The notes beneath the pieces are model-generated. The model worked only from the letters and a program-made list of their open reading frames with translations. It was not told the DNA's origin and did no database searches. Shown here one piece after another: positions 49,362-57,796 of a stretch of DNA of 64,000 bases (the stretch's first letter is position 1; each line of letters starts with the position of its first letter). Source of the DNA: a virus. A program made the position numbers and the translations under genes. Location of the stretch: positions 24,182 to 88,181 of IMG/VR virus record IMGVR_UViG_3300030118_004474, one strand, 5' to 3'.

Positions 49362-49760
49362 GTGTGGAAAAATATACTAAAACAGTTTCCTAATAAAGAG
49401 GATAAAAAACAAATAGTCTATGCTACTATTAGATACATGTTAGAGGACTCTTCTTTTCAACCAGTTGAGGGCTTTACTTATCAAAATACGGTTGCTTCTA
49501 TACACGAACTTTACGAGAATGTGGTTGAAAAGAACTTATATCCTAAGTTTCGTATGACTAAAAAACAATACTTAGATATTATCTTGGGGTCAATTACTTC
49601 TATTGGTGGTATGCACTACTTGATAATACCTCAAAAAATGTTGACTCATTCTCCTAGAAGTAATAACCTCACACTAATAAGAGATACAAATAGAGATAAA
49701 TTAACAGACGGCTCATATTTTAAGGATTCGGTGGGTTCGTTTTCATTTGAAGAATATTAG
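49362..49760 (+). CDS. Protein with leader (MWKNILK)
   Basis: GTG start, GGAG RBS. Confidence 0.65.
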   Translation: MWKNILKQFPNKEDKKQIVYATIRYMLEDSSFQPVEGFTYQNTVASIHELYENVVEKNLYPKFRMTKKQYLDIILGSITSIGGMHYLIIPQKMLTHSPRSNNLTLIRDTNRDKLTDGSYFKDSVGSFSFEEY

Positions 49761-49771
49761 GAGAGATAAAC

Positions 49772-50422
49772 ATGTGGGATAAAATATTGAAAATTAAATC
49801 ATTTGCCGACGCACGACGAATGGGGAAGAAATATGCTCTTAAGGATTATTACGAATCTCTATTACTACCTCTACAAGAATATGACCGACTAAACGATAAA
49901 GAAAAAATAGCAATACATGAAAAATTAAGGAGAATACTATATGAATACGGAGAAAACGACCCGTGGGCTAGAAATAGAAGAAGGTTTCATCAGTCTATGC
50001 GAGCGAGGGTTTATGAGGGCCAAAATACAGCGATGGTTCCTAATCAAATAGATGAATATTCTCCAAAAATGGGCAACAGAGGCGTAAAAAGTGTAAATGA
50101 GCAACAAAGGAGAACATTAACAGACTTTAATCATCTCACTAGAACCTACTCACCCCAAGACGCCAAAAAGATAGGCGGTAGCCTTCCTAAAGGAAAAAGA
50201 ATCAAACCCTATGCTGTAAGGAGGGATATATCGGAACAAATGAAACGCCGAGAAAAAAGAAAAACTACAAGCCCAATGATTTTAGATTACTTTAAAATGT
50301 GGAAAAATATGTATAATAGACTTCCTACCCTAACAGAAATTACTAACTCCGAGGGCAGACCCTTAACCGTAGATGAAGAAAGAACGTTTAATGAAGAATA
50401 CGCTAGAAGAACACAGGAATGA
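49772..50422 (+). CDS. Protein with leader (MWDKILK) and His-repeat module
   Basis: YDRLNDKEKIAIH...RRFHQSMR. Confidence 0.7.
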   Translation: MWDKILKIKSFADARRMGKKYALKDYYESLLLPLQEYDRLNDKEKIAIHEKLRRILYEYGENDPWARNRRRFHQSMRARVYEGQNTAMVPNQIDEYSPKMGNRGVKSVNEQQRRTLTDFNHLTRTYSPQDAKKIGGSLPKGKRIKPYAVRRDISEQMKRREKRKTTSPMILDYFKMWKNMYNRLPTLTEITNSEGRPLTVDEERTFNEEYARRTQE

Positions 50423-51216
50423 TAAATATGCCCATTACAGAAAAAAACGGCAAGTGGTATTGGGGAGAACAAGGCCCCTATGATACCAAAGAAGCGGCCC
50501 AACGGGTTGCTACTGCCGCCTATTTGAGTGGGTATAAAAAGAAAACTGGTGTGATGCCCAAAAAGAAACCTTACAGGGGTAAGTTTATTCGTGATGGGAA
50601 AATTGTTCGTAAGAATGAAGACCCCACGGAAAAGTCAAAACAATGGTTAATTGATACCGTGGAAAGAGCATACCCCCAAGTAACAAACCTTAAATTTGGG
50701 GGTAGACCTGTAATTGATGGTGGATTTATCACCTTTGATTGTCATAATTTAAAGTGGCGTGTTGATTTAAATTTAACTACTTGGTTTGCTCCTTTTGGTA
50801 ATTATATAGTTTGTGTAGTAGACGACAATTATAGGGCGGCACTTTATGATAAATTTTTAACAAGGATAGATGTAATAGCAAACCAAACTTTTGGGATAGT
50901 TCCTGTTCTTGAGTTTGCTTGGAAACTCTACCAATTAGATTTAGCGTATCCAAAGTTTTATTTTTATGGAGAATATTATACGCCAATTAAAGGCCCTCAC
51001 AATACTTTTTATGACAGTTATAAATTTTTAAAAGGTGCTACTCAAATTAACTTAACTGAATGGAAAAGAGGCGTAAGGTTTGACGACGAGGAAAGAGAAG
51101 AAAAAACTACCTTAGAAAACGAAGAAGTTTATAACGAAACAAGTAAAATGGCTAAAGAAAAGTTAGAGTTGGTTAGAGAATTATATCATCAAATTTTTGG
51201 AGGGAATCTACGATGA
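50419..51216 (+). CDS. Hypothetical protein with conserved-Cys domain
   Basis: MPITEKNGKWYWG N-terminus; IVCVVDDNYRAALYDKFLTR. Confidence 0.7.
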   Translation: MINMPITEKNGKWYWGEQGPYDTKEAAQRVATAAYLSGYKKKTGVMPKKKPYRGKFIRDGKIVRKNEDPTEKSKQWLIDTVERAYPQVTNLKFGGRPVIDGGFITFDCHNLKWRVDLNLTTWFAPFGNYIVCVVDDNYRAALYDKFLTRIDVIANQTFGIVPVLEFAWKLYQLDLAYPKFYFYGEYYTPIKGPHNTFYDSYKFLKGATQINLTEWKRGVRFDDEEREEKTTLENEEVYNETSKMAKEKLELVRELYHQIFGGNLR

Positions 51217-51521
51217 GTTGGGAAGAAGTCCTCAAAAGAAAGAAGCGCAAAAAGAAAGGGCGCAAGAAAAAGCGCAAGAAGTCGGGAGATAACTTCAAGC
51301 GTGAAAAGGACGAAGGACTCCACGGCTGGTTCTCTCGTAGGGGAGGAAAAGAAGGCAAAGGAAAAAAAACTCAACGGGGCTGGATTGATTGTTCAACCTG
51401 TGGGTCCAAGAATGGACCAAAGCCCTGCGGGAGGAAGGATGCTTCTAAGGGTAGAAAGAGGAGATGTCGTCCCACTTGTGCGGCCTGTAAAACTTACAAA
51501 AGAAGGAGGGGAACGCGATGA
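51213..51521 (+). CDS. Very basic Cys-containing protein with leader (MSWEEVLK)
   Basis: K/R-rich; GLHGWF...WIDC...PCGRK...CRP. Confidence 0.7.
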   Translation: MSWEEVLKRKKRKKKGRKKKRKKSGDNFKREKDEGLHGWFSRRGGKEGKGKKTQRGWIDCSTCGSKNGPKPCGRKDASKGRKRRCRPTCAACKTYKRRRGTR

Positions 51522-51883
51522 GTTGGGAAAATATTCTTAAAAGAAGCGGAAACATAAAAAAAATTAATATGCCCCTTCTTAGAGAAGCCCTCGGAAACGC
51601 TACGGCTACTCTAGCAGAATTTACCTTACCCGAAATTTTACCACTCGCCCAAGAATTATATAGGGAGTATTTAATTAGGGACGGTATTTATGCTAACGAT
51701 AGATTAGGTCGGTCTAATGCCACTAGACACTCTACGGGGGTTTTTGATAATCCGCGTGGTAGAACAAGTTTTTTTGGTAAAGTTATTAATAATCTAGGAG
51801 TTCACAAGCCGACTACACGCATGAAAACTTTACCAACGGGAACGAATGAAACTATTTATGCTAGAAGGGAGGAAACACGATGA
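51518..51883 (+). CDS. Protein with leader (MSWENILK)
   Basis: ATGA-coupled. Confidence 0.7.
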   Translation: MSWENILKRSGNIKKINMPLLREALGNATATLAEFTLPEILPLAQELYREYLIRDGIYANDRLGRSNATRHSTGVFDNPRGRTSFFGKVINNLGVHKPTTRMKTLPTGTNETIYARREETR

Positions 51884-52326
51884 GTTGGAAAGGTATTCTC
51901 AAAAGGGATATGTCCTATTGTGTTTGTAGCGGTCCTAATAAAACAAAGGGCTTTACATGTAAGGCCCATTGTCGTAGCAAACAAATGAAAAAAGCAGACC
52001 CCAAGAAAGGAACGGGAAAAAAACCAAAGGGTTCAAAAAGAAGATTATATACAGATGAAAACCCAAAAGATACCGTTAGGGTAAAATTTAGAACAGCAAA
52101 GGACGTAAGAGACACATTCGCAAGTTCAGCATTTAAATCAAAATCACATAAAAGAAAATCACAAATTATTAATTTAGTAGAGCAAAGGGCTAGAGTAGCG
52201 GCTAAAAGAGCAAAGGACCCCAAGGCCAAGAAGAGACTTAAGGCCGCACACGCAGTAGCCCTATCTAGAAAAAAATCTAGCAAAAGAAAAACTAAAAGAA
52301 TGAAAAAGAAGGGTGGTAGAAAATGA
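51880..52326 (+). CDS. Very basic protein with leader (MSWKGILK)
   Basis: DPKKGTGKKPKGSKRRLYTDENPKDTV. Confidence 0.7.
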   Translation: MSWKGILKRDMSYCVCSGPNKTKGFTCKAHCRSKQMKKADPKKGTGKKPKGSKRRLYTDENPKDTVRVKFRTAKDVRDTFASSAFKSKSHKRKSQIINLVEQRARVAAKRAKDPKAKKRLKAAHAVALSRKKSSKRKTKRMKKKGGRK

Positions 52327-52562
52327 ATTGGAAAAATATACTACACAAGGGGATGTCCAAGAAAACTAGAGAGGTATTTAACAAACAGGTTATAGAAATA
52401 CTATCTAAAGAAAATAACTTACCTGCCGGGATTATCTATGACCGTTTATCTAAAAGATTCAGAAACCAAATAATACCTAGTGCAATTGGTGGTTATATAA
52501 AAAGGATTCCGGGCATTTCTTACACAGGTGGTAGGGGCGGTATTTTTACCTTGGATGATTAG
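52323..52562 (+). CDS. wHTH-like protein with leader (MNWKNILHK)
   Basis: Coupled ORF. Confidence 0.65.
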   Translation: MNWKNILHKGMSKKTREVFNKQVIEILSKENNLPAGIIYDRLSKRFRNQIIPSAIGGYIKRIPGISYTGGRGGIFTLDD

Positions 52563-52598
52563 AAAAACTTAATAAGAAGGAAACAATAAGGTGATAAT

Positions 52599-52820
52599 AT
52601 GAGCAACTGGTGGGGTATAATTAAAGAGCCTAAAAAACCCCGCATTAAGATAGGGGCGGGGCCTCCCCGTGAAGTTTCCCGTGAAATGGAAGAAGATATT
52701 GATGCCGTAGTAGAACAAGAAACCAAGGACTATAAAGAAAGAAATAAACCTAAAAGTAGATTTATAGGCGGTGGATTTATAGAGAGTGGTAAAACTAAAA
52801 AGAAATACAAGGGGAGATAG
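52599..52820 (+). CDS. Small protein with leader (MSNWWGIIK)
   Basis: AGGTGA RBS. Confidence 0.65.
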   Translation: MSNWWGIIKEPKKPRIKIGAGPPREVSREMEEDIDAVVEQETKDYKERNKPKSRFIGGGFIESGKTKKKYKGR

Positions 52821-52823
52821 AGC

Positions 52824-53141
52824 GTGTGGGAAGATGTTCTAAAATCCAAGAAAAAAAAGACTCAAATTAAAAGAGTCAAGGGTGGAGTAATGTACCGTGG
52901 AGAAAGATTTCCCGGCGTGAATAAACCTAAACGCGCCCCTAAAGGTAGTAAAAAGAAATACCGAGTTCTTGCTCATCAGAACGGAAAATACCGGGTAGTT
53001 TCCTTCGGGGCAAGAGGATATAAAGATTTCTTACAACATAAAAGCAGTAAGAGAAGAAAGAATTTTAAATCAAGACATAATTGTAAGCAGAAGAAAAATA
53101 AACTGACTGCTGGTTGGTGGGCTTGTAATTATAATTGGTGA
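52824..53141 (+). CDS. Very basic protein with leader (MWEDVLK)
   Basis: GTG start; VSFGARGY...RRKNFKSRHNC...TAGWWAC. Confidence 0.7.
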   Translation: MWEDVLKSKKKKTQIKRVKGGVMYRGERFPGVNKPKRAPKGSKKKYRVLAHQNGKYRVVSFGARGYKDFLQHKSSKRRKNFKSRHNCKQKKNKLTAGWWACNYNW

Positions 53142-53145
53142 TAAC

Positions 53146-53868
53146 ATGAGTTGGTTTGATGTTTTGAAATACAAAGTTTCCCGTGCTGATTCAAGGGCGA
53201 ACGCCAAAAAATTAAGGACTATTCTTAGACCAATGGTTTTTGAGTTTGCAGAGGAAATTGGTAATAGGGCTAGTGAAATAGATTATAATGAACTAAGACG
53301 ACTAGCGAAAAAAGAATTTTTACAAGACAGAAGACGTGAAATTGTAACTAATCCAAAAGTAGAAGAACTAGGATTAGCCCGTAATTCAGTAGGTAGTTTG
53401 TTGAGTAGGGGTCTTCCTAATATTATGTTAATGATAACATACAAATTAAAAGAGATGGGTTTTGAGCCTTCTTCAAGACGTTCGGGTTATTATTATAGAA
53501 AACGACTAAAAAAACAATACGTAGATTCTATTCAGAAAAAAAGAAAGGGTCGTCCTTCTAATATAAAAACAATAGCAAGAAATGTTAGAGGTGTCGCTAG
53601 GCCGCTAGTTAATGAAGCAGTTGAAGAATTTATCGCTAATAAAAATAAGGTTTCTATGGATGATTTAAGAGATATTGTAGAGGAAATTGCTAAAGATTTA
53701 CATGCCCACCCCGACCTACAATATTTAAATCCCTCTCAAAGAGGAGCATATATAAATGCTGAAAAGGGTTCTTTTTTAAAAACTGCCTCCTACAAAGTTA
53801 CCCAGTCCGGTTTTATTTACAAAGTTTCGGGTGTAGCGGGGCGTTCCGAATATGTTAGGGCGGAGTAA
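53146..53868 (+). CDS. Two-domain basic protein with leader (MSWFDVLK)
   Basis: Apparent internal duplication (LRTILRPMV / VRGVARPLV; ITYKL / ASYKV). Confidence 0.7.
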   Translation: MSWFDVLKYKVSRADSRANAKKLRTILRPMVFEFAEEIGNRASEIDYNELRRLAKKEFLQDRRREIVTNPKVEELGLARNSVGSLLSRGLPNIMLMITYKLKEMGFEPSSRRSGYYYRKRLKKQYVDSIQKKRKGRPSNIKTIARNVRGVARPLVNEAVEEFIANKNKVSMDDLRDIVEEIAKDLHAHPDLQYLNPSQRGAYINAEKGSFLKTASYKVTQSGFIYKVSGVAGRSEYVRAE

Positions 53869-53870
53869 TA

Positions 53871-54077
53871 ATGTTTAGAAAAATCATAGAGAAATTATCC
53901 GAAACTCAAAATGAGATGGAGGAAATTCTTCAAAGGATTATTTCACAAAATAAAGACATGGAAGACCTTTCCGAAGAACTACTGGGAGAAAGATTATCTG
54001 ATGAAATTATGTCGCAGGTTATTGAACAAGAATTTACAAAAGTTATTGAGGAGCGTATTAAGGAGGCATTTGAATGA
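53871..54077 (+). CDS. Small acidic coiled-coil protein
   Basis: Operonic ORF. Confidence 0.6.
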   Translation: MFRKIIEKLSETQNEMEEILQRIISQNKDMEDLSEELLGERLSDEIMSQVIEQEFTKVIEERIKEAFE

Positions 54078-54334
54078 CTAGTGAATGGGTTATAGTGCTA
54101 AAGGGCAAAAAAATGTCTGATAGGTCCAAAGATGTTATAACGATGGTTATGAGAGATGGACAGGAAAGAAGCATTAAGCAAATTATAGAAGACGCTTCTA
54201 TCTATGTAAAAAAACACCCGGTAAAACACACCCTAAAAGATGTTCCTACAAGTAGAGAACTTTCTTCTCACTTTAGAAGTAATCCCGACTATCAAAATAT
54301 GGGAGGAACCCCCACCATGTATAGGAGAGTTTAA
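54074..54334 (+). CDS. wHTH-like protein with leader (MTSEWVIVLK)
   Basis: Similar to 5707..5961. Confidence 0.65.
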   Translation: MTSEWVIVLKGKKMSDRSKDVITMVMRDGQERSIKQIIEDASIYVKKHPVKHTLKDVPTSRELSSHFRSNPDYQNMGGTPTMYRRV

Positions 54335-54337
54335 TAA

Positions 54338-54934
54338 ATGGATGAAACAACATTTTTAGTTTCCCTTTTAGCGGATAATTGGAATGCCGCCATTACTGCT
54401 TTAGGTAGTGAAATACCAGCAGTTCATAGAGTTCGTCCACAGATTATGGATGTGCGTTCAATGGCTTCTACGAGAAATACAACAAATCCGGGTAGGGGTG
54501 GTAATCGTGCTAGAATATCAAGAGCAAAAGACCAAGATACAAATTCAGATGGAGTCGTTGATTCGGCAGATTTAATCGTTTGTATGGAAGAGTCTCAGAC
54601 TATTGAATACCCAACGGTTGATTATTCAACTAGAAATGAAAGTTATTCAATGGGAATAAGAATAAGAACTAAACAAGACGATAGAAGAAAATCTGATGGG
54701 TCAAGGTTAGCACCTTCCGGAGATACGTTCGGAAGAGATAGAATAGAAAACCTTTATAAAATAGTTCGCTATATACTTGAAAATAACCGTAGAGGATGGA
54801 TTCAATCGGGTTCTATAACGGAGAATTTTAAGCACATTGAAATGGGTTCTAGGATTGAGCAGAACGATAAAAAGAGTAGGATTTTTGGATATAAAGTAAG
54901 TGTTATGTTAAAACGATTTTCAGTTAGTTTGTAG
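54338..54934 (+). CDS. Putative tail-completion/terminator protein
   Basis: Position immediately before the tail tube; alpha/beta pattern. Confidence 0.5.
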   Translation: MDETTFLVSLLADNWNAAITALGSEIPAVHRVRPQIMDVRSMASTRNTTNPGRGGNRARISRAKDQDTNSDGVVDSADLIVCMEESQTIEYPTVDYSTRNESYSMGIRIRTKQDDRRKSDGSRLAPSGDTFGRDRIENLYKIVRYILENNRRGWIQSGSITENFKHIEMGSRIEQNDKKSRIFGYKVSVMLKRFSVSL

Positions 54935-54942
54935 GTGAGAAA

Positions 54943-57192
54943 ATGGTTAATTCAGATATTTGGATGGGAAGCGGAGCGACGGTATCAATGATACCCGAAA
55001 AAGACATTTATTTGGGAACATTTGCTAGTATTGCTAGTTCAAGTTCTGCGGGTGCTATTGGTTCAGTTAGTATTACTACGGCTGGAACTCAACACACCTC
55101 GGCTATGACTGTTATCACAAATGCTGAAATTATTGCTGGACAACCTGCAAGTGGAACGGGTGGTGAATTGCTTCTCACTTTAAGCGCACACTCTACTGAT
55201 TTTACCTTCGTTACAAATGATGGCTCAAAGTATGAAAACGGAAGTGGTGCTGATGGAAGCATTCGTGTTTTTGCTGACAATGGCGACGGAACCGCTACTT
55301 CTATTGATGTTGTTTTTGCCGACGATTCGGCTTCTGCCCCTTCCCTTGGTGGAAATGTCACGCTAACCGTTGATATTGCCGAGGATGCAGAAGGAGAAGA
55401 AATCGCAGAAGCGGTTAGAATTGCTTTGAATGATTCAGGGGAAGCCATTACTGCTACCCGAAGTGGAGCCGTTTTGACTGTTTTAAATTCAAATGGGGGA
55501 TTCGTAAGTATTTCTACCGAAACAACAAACGGTGGAGTTTCTCTTTCAAATACTCTTGGTGGTGCTATTACAAACGCAACTGTTATTAGTGGAGGAAGTG
55601 GCTTTGACCTCAGCGCAGGAGGAAATATTACCATTACTACTGGTGGAACTGATGGTGTTATCACCGTGGCTTTAGCCTCTTCTTCTACTAACCAAACGAT
55701 TATTACTCCTAATTCTACATTTACTACGAATTTTAATTTGGTTCCAAATTTATATCGTGGTTGTTTTTTAAGTATTAAACTTGATTCGGATAACTCCCTT
55801 CAAGACAGAGTTTTAATTCAATCTAACACGGCAACCACTCTAACCGTTAATGATTCGTTGCTATCTGCTATTACCGGAACACCCGGTAATTATTACGGCG
55901 TTATTGAAGGCTTTGGTGCGCCTGTTCCTGCATTTAAGAATGGTTCTTCTAACCCCCGATTGCTTTCAGATACTTGGCTTGGTCTTGTAACGGCTATAAC
56001 AATTCCTCAAACCACCGTTACAAAAACTCCTATGAATTTGCTTGCGGGTGGAACTAGAAATCATATTTATCAATATGCTGGTATTGAAAGAACCACGGGC
56101 GGTAATCTTACTATGGATGCTAATGCTTTTTGGCCTCTTTATTACGCATTGGGGAGAATGACTTTAGATGTGGAATCAACTGCCCATACAACAGTAACGG
56201 CTGGCAATTTAAATAATTTTGCATTGACAGGTGCTAGTAATACATCTTTTATCTTTTCGGACGAAAATATTGATTCACAGGATATTTTACATCGTGTTGA
56301 TGGAACGGTTATTTGTCCTCCTCTTCCGGGCAACGCTGACACAGGCACGAATGATAAGTTTAGAACAATTAATAAAAACGATGTGGAAAATGACTTTATT
56401 ACTTACACCTTTACAGAGGAAAATGGACAAACACTACCTACTTTTGCACTAGAATACACCCTTAAAAAGGCAGACAAATCCTCTACCGTGGCTGTTGATT
56501 CAGACAAAGAGGATGTTTATACTAAAATTTATCCGGGTTGTGCCATTAATACTTTAGGCATTACAGCAGATGCAGTCGGTGGTCCAATTACAATGAATCT
56601 TGGTCTAAACCATAAAAACACTTTTATTGCACCAACCAACTACGAAACGGCTAACAACAAAACTGATGTTAGAAACTTTGTCAACTTTAGGGGTCGTGGT
56701 GGTGAAACAAGAAGTATTGCCGAGGATTCAGATGCCGACCTTGACTCTTTGATGCAACCTTTCTTTTTCTCAGATGGTACAATTTCTATCTTTGGGCAGG
56801 ACTTCTTAAAAATTGCTAATTTCACTCTTAATATTAACAATAATTTAACTGACCAACCATATATCGGCAGGTTTGATAAGAGTAGTGTAAATCACATCAC
56901 AGGACAAAGAGAATACTCTATGACCTTTACAGCCCACGTAACGGATTCAAAGGTGTTTGATGAACTACAATCACAGAAAACTACTGCACTATCTACATCT
57001 GCTGATGAGGTTATCACCTTAAGATTTACCAAAAATAATGGTGAAGAATTGACTCTTAAGTTCAAGGATTATGTGGTCAATACTGCTAATTTCCCCTACA
57101 ACGACAGGGGACCAATTCAAGTTGACTTTTCAATTCAACCCCTAACCTTAGTTGAATGCACCCATAAAACATACTGGGCGATTCAGGGATAA
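54943..57192 (+). CDS. Major tail tube protein with N-terminal beta-rich insertion
   Basis: LYYALG, TLPTFALE, YPGC, FTLNINNNL...GQREYSMTF tail-tube-like motifs; upstream of chaperone and TMP. Confidence 0.75.
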   Translation: MVNSDIWMGSGATVSMIPEKDIYLGTFASIASSSSAGAIGSVSITTAGTQHTSAMTVITNAEIIAGQPASGTGGELLLTLSAHSTDFTFVTNDGSKYENGSGADGSIRVFADNGDGTATSIDVVFADDSASAPSLGGNVTLTVDIAEDAEGEEIAEAVRIALNDSGEAITATRSGAVLTVLNSNGGFVSISTETTNGGVSLSNTLGGAITNATVISGGSGFDLSAGGNITITTGGTDGVITVALASSSTNQTIITPNSTFTTNFNLVPNLYRGCFLSIKLDSDNSLQDRVLIQSNTATTLTVNDSLLSAITGTPGNYYGVIEGFGAPVPAFKNGSSNPRLLSDTWLGLVTAITIPQTTVTKTPMNLLAGGTRNHIYQYAGIERTTGGNLTMDANAFWPLYYALGRMTLDVESTAHTTVTAGNLNNFALTGASNTSFIFSDENIDSQDILHRVDGTVICPPLPGNADTGTNDKFRTINKNDVENDFITYTFTEENGQTLPTFALEYTLKKADKSSTVAVDSDKEDVYTKIYPGCAINTLGITADAVGGPITMNLGLNHKNTFIAPTNYETANNKTDVRNFVNFRGRGGETRSIAEDSDADLDSLMQPFFFSDGTISIFGQDFLKIANFTLNINNNLTDQPYIGRFDKSSVNHITGQREYSMTFTAHVTDSKVFDELQSQKTTALSTSADEVITLRFTKNNGEELTLKFKDYVVNTANFPYNDRGPIQVDFSIQPLTLVECTHKTYWAIQG

Positions 57193-57236
57193 GTTTAAGA
57201 CCTTTCTTTGCTTAGATTTTATTAGGAGAGATTAAC

Positions 57237-57596
57237 ATGAAGACAGTTTCAAATAAAAATAGTCTATTTGCCAGTAGTGAACCAACCCTGCATCATGTAA
57301 GGGTTGCTCCCGATTCAGAAGAATATCTGAAGGTCTGGATTAAAGAGCCAACCTTCCTTCAATTAGAGAAGGCTCAAGCCAAACTAATTAATTTGAACTC
57401 TCGCACCAATGACATTTCACTTGAAATGGACACGCTATTTAGGTATCTATGGGAAGCCTTCGTTGAGAAGACTGAACCTGCTCTTTCCACTATTGAAGTC
57501 CTACGGCTCAATCCATATGTTGGGAATCAACTTAAAGAAATCCTACCGGACCCATTTAATTATGAGGGGGATGAGGATTTAAAAGAGAATATTTAA
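57237..57596 (+). CDS. Tail assembly chaperone (gpG-like)
   Basis: Between tail tube and TMP; ends at the slippery heptamer T TTA AAA. Confidence 0.75.
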   Translation: MKTVSNKNSLFASSEPTLHHVRVAPDSEEYLKVWIKEPTFLQLEKAQAKLINLNSRTNDISLEMDTLFRYLWEAFVEKTEPALSTIEVLRLNPYVGNQLKEILPDPFNYEGDEDLKENI

Positions 57597-57796
57597 CTGC
57601 CCTTAGAACAGGAAAATCCGATAATCCAATTATCGGTTCAAGGATAAGTTTATATATCCTGACAAAGGAACTTAATATTAGTCCCGCCGAGGCATACCAA
57701 ATGCCTTTCTCAATGGTGAAGGACTTGCTTATTATTTATTCTATACAGAAGGAAGAGGAAGCAAAACAAATAGAGAAGGTGAAATCTAATGGCTGA
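57578..57796 (+). CDS. -1 frameshift extension of the tail chaperone (gpGT-like)
   Basis: TTTAAAA at 57578-57584; -1 frame open as REYLTALRTG...LTKELNISPAEAYQMPFSMVKDLL...KSNG-stop, overlapping the TMP start. Confidence 0.75.
   Translation, partial: FKREYLTALRTGKSDNPIIGSRISLYILTKELNISPAEAYQMPFSMVKDLLIIYSIQKEEEAKQIEKVKSNG

Noticed and set aside
54943-57192. Contractile tail sheath, suggested by the 749-aa size
   Set aside because: The C-terminal half carries tail-tube-like motifs, it is followed directly by the chaperone and TMP, and no separate tube gene or baseplate wedge genes are seen.
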